The notes below the pieces were generated by a model, which ran no database searches, was not told where the DNA came from, and saw only the letters and a list, made by a program, of their open reading frames with translations. Made by a program: the position numbers and the translations under genes. A stretch of 64,000 bases of DNA, from positions 38,192,001 to 38,256,000 of the forward strand of contig OZ260661.1 in the NCBI GenBank assembly GCA_965285935.1, in the 5' to 3' direction. How positions within the stretch are numbered: position 1 is the stretch's first letter; each line of letters begins with the position of its first letter. Shown piece after piece: positions 1 to 13,600 of the stretch. This stretch comes from Ophelia neglecta. Its lineage: Eukaryota.

Positions 1-984
1 GGAAAGGAACATAACCAGCATGGTGTATTGACTGTGATAGGAACTGAAAGGCTGCAGTCATGGCTGATTTCACAGTGTGTGGAGTCACCATTGGAGAATG
101 GATTATGAAGTGTCAGCATGTCATTAATCTCCTTAATCTTGACACTCAACTTGCCAGGAACAAAAGGTTTCCTGCTGACAAAGAAACCTCATTTTACTGA
201 TGTCATGAAGCCGGCTCCTTCAAATATTCAAATTTTGGAAACCCTCCTCAGTTTATCCGGTGACCGGCTGCTGTAAAGTTATGTGCCACACCAAAGGTGC
301 TCATCAGTTTTAATATCAACGGTTGTTTTGATAATTGTAGGATATATGCAATGTATTTACACGTAAAATGGGACTGTTGATCAGGTAGGGTATTCACATT
401 TTTTTTTTAAATATAATAATTAGAATCTCATGAAGTTTTCTGCAGTATCATATACACAAGAGACTATGATTACTGTGTTATCTTCAGCATATATCATAGG
501 CACTGGCAGCTACCATAAACATTCATAAAATGATAATTTAGTGACACAACAGTTGCCAATTTGCAGTTCCCACCCTGTTGACACAAGCTACAACAAGTAT
601 GGCATTGTGCCTGCTTCATCAAAGTCTGTGTTTTAGGGTCATACTGGTGCGTTTTTATTGAGAGTGTACTTACAAATTAGCGTCTACATGTACTTACACA
701 AGGTTGACTCCCTGTGACTTATATTTGGTTACAAAACCCTTTTAATGTTCTGTATGCTATTTGGTAGAACAACAACATGTGATTTGTTAAAAATCAGGTC
801 ACATTGCATTTGAAAGACATGCCATTGCTTTTTATGGCATTTAATGTTCATGGTAGTTAATGGATAGTGTTTTATTGTGTTTGTGAGTGACTGGTAGTAT
901 ATCTTATTACAATTTATCATTGGTTTCAATTAAAAACTAATCTGGGTTGTATTTTTTATTTCAGCCATGGGAAGAGCCTGAGCA

Positions 985-1650
985 ATGGCAATGGCAAGAC
1001 TAAAACCCTCGGCGAGCACAGACATTCTTTTCCCTGAGCCCCCAGAGGAGCCTCCACCCCCCTACCCTGAGACTTGTGTCTACTCCCCAGGGGCTAACTC
1101 TAACTTTACATCCTACTCCCATGAGGTCAGGTACATCTTTGACCCTCAGTACCCCAGAACCAGACAAGGGTACTCAGACTTTGCCAGCTATGAAAACCAA
1201 CTAGAGAAGGTTGAGGAGCACCATTCAGCCGAAGCCCAAAATGGGGAATGTCAAAATAGTGACCAAAGCTGTGCTACTGAGTACATTTATTCTCAGCCTG
1301 TAGTGAACTGGACTCAGAAGCCTAGTCATAGCCAGGGCCCAGGGCAGGCCCAGGCATACCCCCAAGGGCCTAGCCAGGCCCAAGGGCCCTGTAACCTTCC
1401 AGTGTCTGCCGCAGCAGCAGCCGCTGCCAGTAAGTACAACTACTTAGCCAGTCTAAAACGAAGGACCTGGTCGCCGCCGACCTTCGAGCGAGTCATGGGA
1501 GCAGCGTCCAGTCTCCATACCATGAGGAGTTACCGTAGTAACGACCAGCTGGACGTTGATACTACTGAGAACCACTACGAGGACCTGGACTCTGTGACAG
1601 GAGCCGCAGCGCCACCCAAAATTGCTCCAATCAGTGGCATGCTAGCCAAG
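985..1650 (+). CDS. LZTS: LZTS/Fezzin-family protein, first coding exon (222 codons, phase-0 donor)
   Basis: Acceptor ttttatttcag ends at 964, ATG at 985, donor AAG|GTAAGA after 1650. The exon ends PPKIAPISGMLAK and joins in frame to SPNKSLIRPIAFKP at 20627, recreating the LZTS motif PPKLxPxSGxLxK..K.LIRP.AFKP. Contains a PPPPY motif. Confidence 0.85.
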
Positions 1651-4600
1651 GTAAGAACACTGTTCTTTTATCTTCAATTGTTAAAGGACTCAAAAACAAA
1701 AATTATGATTTTAGTATCCGAGCTAAGGAGTGTGCTGTTTTAATATTTATCAAAATTTACTGTCATTCTGTGTCTTACTTTCCTACATTCCCTGCAATGT
1801 AACATAAAATCAGAAACCATACTGTGGATACTTCTTTCAAGGATACTACTAACAATGATACCACTCTGTGTGTTTAGCATACAGGTCTTCCCCAAACATG
1901 TTTATATCTCTCCTGTACATGTTAGAGCAAGTTTATGGAAATCCCGATGAAGGTATAAATCAGGTGACTACCATACAGGTGCTCTCAAAGTTAATCCCCT
2001 GAGTGTGTCTGTGGCCTAGTAGGTGACTCGCCTCCCACCTGGTGAGAGAAGTGGGAGTCAACACCAGCAGCATACACCATCCTTACATACCTCACCTGTA
2101 GTGTCCACTATCAGACAATAGATATGGTGTGTTGTGCTTATTATCAGTGATAAATGGTTCTCCCAGACAAATCCTATGATAACTCCTACCTTTGGTAATC
2201 TGTGGCTTTAATAGCAGTCATGTATACACCAAATGTTGCTGGGAATGGTCTTTTGTATTATACATGAAGGTAAAATGTTCCTGTTATCAAAGAACAGTTT
2301 GTTAGCAACATTTGAAAATTTACCATGCCAATATAAAAGGCAAGAATACTGCCACATAAGGTGTACATCAGAATTTAATTTTGATATAAAAATAAAAAGC
2401 TGAATGCTTAATTGGGGAAAATGGGGCAATTTTAATTATAATATGAAAGGAAAACAGATGGTAGCCAAAAAGACAAGTATATATCAGAGTTTACTGTCGT
2501 GATTTGTATGTGTCTAATACATGACTTCAGTTGGTGTTGTGTGTAACACATGTTGTCTTACATTGTTTGTTAAGCATACATACAAGTTAAGCCAGTCAGT
2601 AAATCCAAATTCCCATTTGACAGTCTAGGACAGTGGACATTCCAAGTGTATTGTCATGTAGGTTTTGTTGAGTTTCAATGTTTAATTCAGTAATTGACAG
2701 TGTTCTTTCAATACAGTAATTTGCCCACTACCCAAGGCATTGATTCAGAATGAAAGTATATATATCAACTTGTTCACAATCATTCACATCCAATTTAAAG
2801 ACTTGGGGATTACATGAGTATGAGAGAATCTTTTATACTTGTGTAAGATGTGTAAGAGGATTTAAACTTGGTGTGATTACATTGATGGAGCTCTTTTAAA
2901 ATTCAAACCCAGTGTATTGATGGTGAGAGGTGTAATTTGTATGTGGGTGGACACAGGTTGTGTCATCTTCATAGGTGTCCAGTGTTATGCAGGCTGAAGG
3001 CAGTTGCCAATCCAAACTAGCCTGGAGGGACTACTGAGGGGGGGGGGGGGAGGAGGGGGGAGAGGAGGGGGGGGAGAGGGATGGCTTTAGTTGTTTTTAT
3101 CATTTTATACTAGGTTAAGTGCAAAAGGTACCAAACGAAGAATATTATTATATGTGTCTGACTATACCTTGAAGTGAAAATGTTTCATATTCTGCTGTGA
3201 AACCTTTGTTTTGAGAAAAATAAAGTATCCCATGAACTATTAAGACCCCCCACCCCTCTGGCCACTGGTGGTTCATACCACTGTTTGTGGGTTGTTTAGG
3301 AAACCTGTGTCCCTGCCAAGTGCCATCACACCGTCACAGGAGAAGTGAGTAATAGTGAAGGAGAGGAATTTGAGCGTTGTCCAACATGAACAAATGACTC
3401 TGCCTCGGGCATCTCATTAGACCAGTGTGTTTTGCTGTCATAGGAGAGAACATTAAAGTCTGAAGTTTTCTGGCCATTTTGCCAGTTTCCAAACTCTTTA
3501 GAAGTTTGTAGGAATGTATTCAGATCAGAGAATATAGTAAGTCGTTGTTGACTTGATTTTTGGCTTATTATAGCATCTTGTCAAAGTTTTTAACTTTGAC
3601 AAGAACATGTGCATTGATTGAGCTTGTATGTACTAACCCAGGGATGTAACTCTAGGCTATTACATGAGGGGGAACTATTACTTGGAAAAACTCCCTTAGT
3701 TTTAAAACCTGGGTACTTCATAATTAGTTTGTTAGGTTGGAATCACATTTTATAATTGTAAAACCTGTCAACAGAGATTGATTACAATCATGAAATGCAT
3801 CACTTTATGTATTTTCTTTGCCCAGCATGCCTTTTTAATATATTTAGGATTTTAATACAATGATAATGCAAAATCTTTCATCAGCAAGATTGAAAACAGG
3901 ACTTTTTCACATACGTTTGTACCTGTGACCTTAGTTACCACCAATATTTATCAACAAATTTGCATTACAAGTAACACCATCTGAATGACAGCATTCCTCC
4001 ATGTTATTAATTTCAAATTGGTAAAAACTCACGAAAGCAATATCACCATTTGGTTAAACTAAGTTTTGTTGTGGTCACAGGGTCTGAGTTAATGGCGGTT
4101 TTATCACCTCCTCGCCAAACAATGCTCTCAGATGTTTGTGTTGGATCGCATGTTGGATGGAATGATTAGTCAAATTATGGTTGGCGCTTGGCCCTGTCAA
4201 CATGTACTGGCTTGTGTGAAGCGTGGCATGAACACAGCCGCATGATTTGGGGGTTGTAACTTGTTAAGTTTTGCTTTTCAACAATACATTTATCAGCTGT
4301 ACCAGCCTAGCAAGCAAAAAACTGTTAGAAACTGACAGTTTGTATTGAGTTTTTCTACCGTTGTATTACAGATGTAGTGTAATGTTTTACTGTGGGCACA
4401 CGTAGAAGGGAGCTGATAGTTGTTTTGCAAATCTAACTGTACATTGCTACACATCCTTTTAGGTAAGGCTAGTACATGTATACTACTCTAAAACAGGTGA
4501 TACCTGTGGACATTTGATGGCCAGTAGTATAAAAACCAGATCTGATACTATTTGAATACAACCAGTGTCTTTCTTATCAGATTTTATCAGATTACTATCA

Positions 4601-7600
4601 GCTTCTCTTAAACCCACTAACTTAATGATTATGAGTATGGCTTAGGATCTAATCTTCTCAGGGTTGATTTAGTCAAGATTATCCGGATTCAGTAGGACAA
4701 ATTGTTTCATTAATCAGGAACTGTTTCTTACTAATCAATACTTGAGATGCAGATATCCATTCTCCAGGGCCAATTTTATTGGCTAACTGGCCACTCCAAA
4801 TGGATTGTTAACTTTCGACATGACAGATTAGCTGTGTGAAAGGGCCGTGCAAAGGTGGTCTTTGAATTTTACCTTTCCGCGATCTCGTGCTGCGTCTGAA
4901 GTGCTGCGGCAAGTGGTGCTAGCCTATTCAGGCATTATTATTGCAATCCTCATCTCGGCAATTTGTATAGACCTGCTGGCTAGGCTGTCAGGAGTGTGGG
5001 ATACTACACAGTATCAATAACTAACTGTCTCCTGACACGGTTCCAGTGGATCACATGTCACCTTCAATATCGGGCAATTTTTTGCAGGACATATATTTAT
5101 TTTTGCAACTGGCAGCGAAGCATTGATGATATAAGTGTGTGGATCATTTTTCCCAAGCCTCCCAGGATTGGTGTATTGATCACTTTTATAATTGTGGGAT
5201 TGAGCATCTTGATTGGTCAGTGAGGAATGAAATCCTCCTGCCTGATATTTGACACCTACCTTACAGTTTTATGGTGGTCCTCAAAACAAGGTGAGTTATC
5301 TGAACCATGCTGACCTTTACCTGGTAGCTAATTAAGTTAACGAGCTAATGACGCTAGTATCTACGTACTTGACCAAGCAGTGTGGGCTAGCTATGGTCAT
5401 ATCTTGTTGTTATGGATTTATTAGATAAACAACACCTGGGGATATTAATATATACCAAAACATCCCACAGATTGTACTGTGGTCCCTGTTATATATGTGG
5501 ATAGTGTGAGAATGAAGGCATCACAGGTGTAAGCTATAGCAGAGTGGGATTTGCATGTACATATACATGTATAAGTAAGAAATGTATGATTTGTATTTGA
5601 CTGAGCAAGAAGGAGATCATGGTACTACCTGCCTCGGTGTCGTCAATGGTCAAGGTGGCGAAAATAGCCTGGCTGATTTAATTGTACCATTATCAGTAAG
5701 TTTCTGATTCTTTTAAGATTGTGACAAATAAGTTTTTAATGGTGCTCCTGTGCGATTTCAAAGCTTACACCATATATAGCATACTATGATAGGAGAGTTA
5801 ATTTGTATGGAGCAGTCTTGTATGTATGTAAGTGGTGCTGATCAAAGCCATTTTTATAGTACCATCACCTGTGAGGGTGTTGTGCAATCTCTATAAAGAC
5901 AATGACAACAAGGTGTAGTTTCACCTGACTGAATTTACCGCTGATGATTGTAAATAATGCTGATTGTAGTTGTAAATTAGTTGTGCCTGTTTATCTCCCA
6001 CCCTGATAGTCACCACCTGTTTAATGTAAGTGGGATTCCCCACTCCTCCTGAGGCTATTGATTATATCTGACTGTCATCTAGGGGAGAGGCATGCTCGGC
6101 TAGGCTGGACATTACCCAGCAGGCATCACTGTACTACATTTATTAGACTTGAAGGTTCATAATTATCACTGAAAATTATAGTATTTATATCATGTAAGAG
6201 GGGCTTGACATACCAATGGTCTTGTGAAGTCAGCAGCCTGTTAAAGTTAAATATTCATCCCACTAGGCATTGCTCTTTACAAAATATTGCGTACATAGTG
6301 ACAAATTGTGAATTCTGTTCATGGTGTGGCACACCCTTTGTTAAATGTCTGCATGCTTTCATATGAATATTTGTGTCCAATTGTGTTTTCAAGTTGAATT
6401 AAGATTACAAGTATTGATAATTTTGCGAATGCACGCGAAATATTGCTGGAGCAAAATGAGTTGATGTGGATCTTCATTGTGCGAGAGCATCTGTGTATCG
6501 ACCGTATTGTCATGAGAATAATGATTTCTGATAACTCTGACGACCAGCCCAGAGTTTGACTTGTTTGGTATCCCAGTTTTTATCCACAGCACATTGACAG
6601 TACATTAATTATAAGCATTATGTACCATCAACTGTAAATAGCCAAAATAGGTAGACCTATACCAGAGACAGGAATAATCACCAATCAGGATCAACCTGAA
6701 AGTTTGGAGTAATGTACCAATATGTATGTTATTATTTCATTGTTCTCTGTCATTCATTGTGTGAACAAACATTCATACAAAGTTTGATTTTGGTATCCTT
6801 TCGTTAGGAATGAAGTGTCTAGCGTAATCCATTTTCAAAGTGTTTTCTGTCAGTGAACAGAGTAACATATTCCAACAATTCTCTGAACTTACAGATCTCT
6901 CCAAATTGACAACGTAATAAATGTAGAGGTTTATTCAGTTGATTTATTGTAAATTAAAGTAGTTCCACGTGGTGTACAATGAGCGTTAATACAGATTGCT
7001 GGCAGCGTATTGGATGCTGTTACTGTATACAGGTTGCTTATTTTTATCATTGTCAGGGACTTTTTTTAATAGAACATCATTCTGTAGGTAAATTTATTTC
7101 GAGCAATAAATCATTGCTCTTTTTTCTTTTAAGTGAATGGGGTCTGTCCGAAGACCCCCATTACTAGTATTAGATTACTGTGAAAAACTAAGTACTGGTT
7201 TTGAATTTAGAATTGTCATCTGCTGACTTTATACAAAAGGCCTCGACCACAATTCACCTTACTTTTGCGATCCGAGACTTTAAGAGTTTTACTCATAATA
7301 AGAATTCTCGCCAATTTAAAAGCAGAAACCGCTAAGGACAAAGAAATCAATTTAGAAGATGGCACATACAAAGTAGAGAAGACACAGCACACTGACTCTG
7401 TGACCTCAGACCCGCCCCAGTTCACAATGTCATACCATGGGCGGCAAATTTCAATCTCTGAAATACAATCACCACTTTATTCATTAATTGTATAGTGGAT
7501 ATATCATTTAATAATGACTGTTCCTCCTGTGTAATAGACAGCATCAATTTCCAGTGATTCATGGGCGTGTGGTGGAGACTGTTGTGTTGTCACAAAGTTT

Positions 7601-10600
7601 TTAGTTGTAATATATGGCTGTTGTAAATATTATATCCCCATACTTGGTTTTTTTGATGTTACCAGGGTTGTGGGTTGGATACATCATAATTCAGACTGTG
7701 TTATATATATATTAAATAGTAAGTAATATATCAGACTGATAAAGAAGTTATGTACTGGTTATGGAACATTTTTTCAGTTTTTATTGATGTAAGATAAAGC
7801 CCATATAATATACTTCTATATACTGGAAAGTTAAACCATTGACTATCTGTATTCAAAGGGCCATGACTAGGAAGCTACTTTTGCCATAAAATTGAAAACT
7901 AGCAAAGCATATGTCCTGTATAAAAGCAGGCATTCTTCCATTCCAAAGATCTCATTATGTTGATGATTGTTTGGTCTTAAGTTCATTCTGGTCTCATGGG
8001 CACTGCTAGAAGCTCTTGACTTGTTCATTCATTTTTGAAGCCAGTCAATGAATTGAGTGTGGTCTTCAAGCTCGGTGGCCATTTTGTCATGATTGATTTA
8101 GGACCTCTTTACAAAAGCCCCAGCACTAGCTGGTACACCATTTGATGTCTGTTGGCAAATTTAAATTCAATTTATTTCCACTTTAAAGGATGGGAGGTTT
8201 CTGGGGTTTCATATAGCCACATGACTAGCACTGACTGGCGCTATCTGTGCCATTATTGTGATTTATTTGGGAGATGCTTTACCATAACTTTGTATAAAGC
8301 ACCATTTTGCATTGTTTGCTGGCTGCTATGTCAGATCATTGAATACTTGCCACTCTGTTTTAAGTGTTGGTGTGTGGTTTATCGGTGATACCTACACAAG
8401 GCGACCCTCCCCTCTGCCTACTCCCCTGCCTACTCGTGTCTACAGGTATTCATGTCATGTGCCTAGAGCGGCAGATGTCAGCCTGCGGTTAAACTGAGAC
8501 AAAAACCTGTAACCTGGATCATAGTTCTCCAGTCCCTTGTATCATTGTGATATCCACCTCAACTACTACCATGCACACCTGACATGCATGTACCTGAGCT
8601 GGGATATCATTAGGGGCTATTACATCAACTTTTTTTAACGGCCAGCATTGTGAGAATGCCCAAGCGCATCAACCACATAAATAATGGTTTGTAGCACGCA
8701 AGAGAAGCCATCTCGATACGGGTGCTTGGCAGTGTGGCTCTTTTGAAGGCGCGGTAGAGCTGTTAGCTTGTGGCGAGGATCAGGGTAGAGTGCCAAGGAT
8801 TCAGGTAGTGGTCAACAAGATCTTTACAGGATTGAGTTAACAGGGTCCATGAGTTGATGGTGTCTGGCACAGCCTACTTCCTCTATCTTCCCTCAACTCT
8901 TAAAAAATACCTGTGACAAATTTATTGGAGGGTGTTACCAAACTGAGGTGGGAGATGTCATTAGGATGAGAATCCAGACTATCTTTGTACTACCTGTGGA
9001 TTGAGGAACCATTCCAAGATGATCGTTGACAGACTTGCAGTACAAAATGATATTGTTACCATGTATACTAGCAGTAAAAAGATCAAGGTGAGTGTGATTT
9101 AAAGCCACCAGCTTGGTTTCTCCTTACTGATCAAACAAATAGGTAGTAAGAGAATGGAAAGACAAAGATAGGTATCTCTTCTCTCAAGTAGTTTGTATTT
9201 AAGAGCTGGAGTGCTGGGTATTTCTTGGCTCTGTTTAAGACAGATTTAAAATGGTTAGATGTAACTAATTTGTGAGATCTAGCATACATACTGTGTGTAG
9301 TTTGTCTATTTTTGATACATCATATATACATGTACATGTACTTGTTTGTCAAACTGATACACACCTGGTTGGTTGGCGTCACTTAATGATATTTCTGTAT
9401 ACAGTGTGTTACCAATAGGACCCTGGGAGGTGGGCAGTGAGGTGAGCACTCTGTTATTACCAATATAGGACTGGCTATCCCAGCACCCCCTCCCCCTCCC
9501 CAGAGCCTGCCCAAGGCTCTACTGTCAGACACCTATTAGTCCCCTGCTAACTGGCAGCCTTCAAAAAAGATTACACTTTATACTACCTTGATTTAATTCA
9601 ATATTATATTTACTTTTAATATTCCTTTGGCATCTTTCCATTCAGACCAATTGGTCGGTTTTAGGTTCTGTACTTACTGTCAAATAATAAGTTCATGTTC
9701 CATAACCACAGACTTTATTGCTATGTTATTTGAAAACATGAAATCGTAAGGATAAAATATCATCAAAAAAATAAAACTGCTGTTAGCCATTTTCAGCATA
9801 TGTACAAGAATGTGGATGTTTTATATCAAAAAGCTTATCAAAGGACTATGATAAGCTTTTGTTTAAATGCATATGTGTTTGCTGAACACTGGTAGGTACA
9901 TCATCATGCACAGGCATACAAACTTTAGTTCATTTAAATCACAAGTAAATGTAGCCCTTGATAGGAAGCAGGTGGGCACTCATCGCATTTTAAATGCATT
10001 TTTTCTTTGAAAGAGAAAAGAAACCTAACAGCCCCTCCTCCCCCCCCCCCCCCAACATTGCTAGAAGTATCTTTTCTTCAAAGACTCTAATGTTAACAGA
10101 TTTTTTTATCATTGTAATTTGCTGGCGAATGTGTACTCCTAGTGTATGATGGTATGGGAGTGTCTGCAGAAAAGCTTTAGATTTGTATGCGATGAATTTG
10201 TCAGCAAACCAGTCTGTTTTGCCCCATTACCCGTGAAGTTTTTGCCCCCCTGAATATGCCTGATCAGTCAGCTAGAGAGAGATAATATTAGCTTAGGGAT
10301 GCCACCCACTGTCTATTACCTGTATGATGTTTCCAAAGACCATTAACCTTCATGTCTGTTTCATTCTGTAGTGATCTGTTGGTGCAAACACAGCTTAGAA
10401 TAGCAAATCTCTTGGGGAATTAAAATATCTGAATTGAATATTTAGCAGACCACCCTGCATGTGTACTTCACCATGGAAGTGTTTAGCATTATGCTGACCC
10501 TATGTCTAGATGGGGAAATTACTCTTTCATGATGTATTAGTGACTTCAGCAGTTTTTTTAAAGACGATAAGCTAGCTTGTGGCCCATAATGACAGACATG

Positions 10601-13600
10601 CCCCAAGATTTCCTACTGAGTCATCTTCTATTTTCTTTGCCTGATAATGTTTCAAAAAACTGTATGTTCATGATATGCTTTGTATATTTCAAGTGTTTGG
10701 CACATTAGATTAATTTATTAAATGTTTGCCTGATGGAAATTTGGTTGATTTGTTGAATGTAGGAGCTGTTGAAATCAGGTGTGCTATGACAGCCATTCAA
10801 TTCATTCCCAAATTCTACCTTTATGAGTCAGGAAGAACATAATAAATTCATTGATCAAGTAATTTTACCTGCATGCTGTTTTATTCTACTCAGCAAACTT
10901 GTCGTGACTGTGTCAAATTTTTTTCATTGTTTCACAAAGGTATTCGTAAGTTTTGACATTGTTAAATTGTCACCCCTGCATGATGCGCCAGTAGTTTGTG
11001 AGTGACAATATTATTGTTGGGTATGCGATGTCTGCAAGTGTCACTGCGCAATTCATTTGAGAAACAATTACTAAGTCGCAGGCTGATTTACCGTTATAGC
11101 CAGGCACCTACCTGTAAACTGTCTGGCTAGCGTAGTATTCTGAATCTCTCTTTCTTGTTGTCGTGACTCAACCAGTATTAAGTTTTGTGTTGACTGCCAT
11201 TCCCTTTACATTGTAAGTCACCCTTGCTTTCAAGTGGGCAGTGTTTGAATAGGTTTGTCTCATTCATTTCCCTTTCTGTGAGCGTTCTTATGGGATTTGG
11301 CAATGTAATTGTTACTGTATCAAATGAAACATGTTGGGTAGACTGTAAAAAAGTGGTTGTGATCATTTAAAAATAGAGGAGTGACAATCCAGGGCTCATA
11401 CGGACCTGACTACATACCTCTGTGCTTAAATGAGAGAACGCTGCATCTTATAGTTCCTATTCAAAGATTATCAGCAACAAACTAAAAATAAGGGTAAATG
11501 TGTCCAAATTGGGCATTTAGTCTGTCATTTTAAATACTGGTCTAATTAGAACAGTGTTTATTGGACTTAATCTGATATTGATTGCCTCGTCCAGCTTACA
11601 GGTGAAGATCAAGAGGCTCTTTGGACGGTAATTCCACACATTTTAACATGAATCACCTGCTGAGCTTAACAATAGACCAGAGCCAAGACTTGTACTTGTC
11701 TGACTATACAGTCACTTGCTAATGTGCAGATTTGTGTCACATGTCAACATTAATATAAAGTGAAACATTGTTTGATAAAGAAAGTTTGTACAAGTACCCA
11801 ATCTAGGAGTCATGCAGTCAGTCTCTGCAGTGTATTATTGTAATGTTTTGATAAATAGCAAGCATGAAATGGAATTGCTATTTGGATGCATTGCATGGGA
11901 CAGTGTCCTGGTATCTGCCTGTGTCAGTATGCAGGGGTTTAAAATGTAGTTTTAGTATCTCAAATGACACTTTTTGCCCTTTGTTACCTTTGCTGCCAAC
12001 CTGTCCTTCATGAGTGAAGAAGTCTAAACCTGTCAAGGTTGAAATTGATGATAGGAAAACCCAGCTAGCCACTTGGCTCCTGAACTAACTTAACCCCAGG
12101 ACAGCCTTGATACCTGTCTCAGAGGGGTGTAATACATCATGTGTGGGTTGATGTCTTGAGACCATGTGATGAGACTTGCTTTTATGTTGACACCTGACTT
12201 CTATTGTTAGTTCTTTTTGATTTTAACTCCTACCAATCCCACAGTAGATAGCCGTCTGCTGTTTGCTTAGAACCCTTCTGACCTTTAGGTGTGAGAGGAA
12301 AGGCTCATCAGTGATGTTTACCTTAGCTTGTTTGTATATCACATCCCTGGGTTTCAATTCAAGCTAGCTTTAAAGGTAGAGAACATGGTAGAAGATAAGA
12401 AGCTCTACAATAAGTATGAGCAGGCATGTCCCCTCAGTGTAAAACTTGTATTATCAATATTGTCTGAGTTGTCCTGGGTTATTGACTGGCTTATCAGAGG
12501 TGTCTCTGATTACCTTGTCTAATTCAGTATGGATGAGATAGCCCTAGAGTGAAGAGCCCAATATATAATACAATATCTCCTTCAGCTCTGTCATAAAATA
12601 TGACATTTGCTGTATGTTTCCAGATATGACAGTTATTTAAGAACACTTCCTGGTATCAGTAGCAGCCAGCCTGCAGATATCAAAGATGTCCTACCTTTAC
12701 CTGTAGATAAAGTCAGGTTGCCATGCACCCACGCCAGAGTGCTGCGATGTGCCCACTTACAATGTGCCCAGCTCCCCTCCGCGCTTGCCTTTCACCAATG
12801 CTCTCCATTTTCTGCTGTGCCCGGAGCTATTGACACTGCTACTTTAATTTATACTGGAAGTTTACCAAATCAGTCATTTGAGAGATATTTGAACAGGACT
12901 GCCATGGCTGGGCCATAAAGTTCAAAGATGTACTGCATATCAAGGTGTTAACCATGACACCTGAACTAAACCTGGCTCAGTAAGGGAGCTGAGATTGACA
13001 TGTCCTACCATAAAGTCTCTTTTGACATTTAGTCATTGATTATAAGGTAGGAGCAAACTTGGTGGGTTATCTGTACAAATATCTCACTGAGCAGGCTGGG
13101 TGCCATTGAATACCAGGAGTCTGAGACTGGCAGGATTACAGGCTGGCTACCCTGATGTCTGATCCTCAAGTTTACCTAGAAGGCTGACTCTACCAGGCTA
13201 GTGTATACAGTATATCATATGTGACGGTGTCATTGTTACCAGCTGTCTCTCATGCCATGAAGCCACAAGTCACTGAAATACCTAAGTGAAGTTGAAACGT
13301 CTGCCATAGAACTTGTGGGTTCCAATTCCAATGGATGGCTGACATTAGTATAATAGGATTAACATCAGATTATCTAGAAAACCACTTAGCTAGTTTTTTG
13401 TAAGGATTACTGGCTTGACATAAATCAGTCATGCGCTCGTTGTACGGAGAACACACGGGGATCTTCTTCGCTCGCCTGGTGCAGGTAAACATGTCTTCAT
13501 GTCTTTTTTGGGTGTGATGCATGAAAGGAATTCTCCTTCAAAGGGTGCTTAAAATTATGACAGTTTATTATAATATTTACAGTGTAATTCTACACCCCCT

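Noticed and set aside
368-384. MGLLIS start resembling the myristoylated N-terminus of vertebrate LZTS
   Set aside because: Splicing 384 to 965 puts it out of frame with the main ORF (stop near 1035). At most a 5'UTR exon or uORF.
3037-3080. Poly-G tracts (also about 10033, 30392, 43680, 51366) as functional G-quadruplexes
   Set aside because: Simple low-complexity runs that are common in this sequence and prone to error; nothing supports a function.
5227-5296. Alternative LZTS coding exon ending at AAG|GTGAGT (5290)
   Set aside because: The nearby ATGs give phase 1 or 2, incompatible with the phase-0 acceptor at 20627. It could still be a non-coding first exon.
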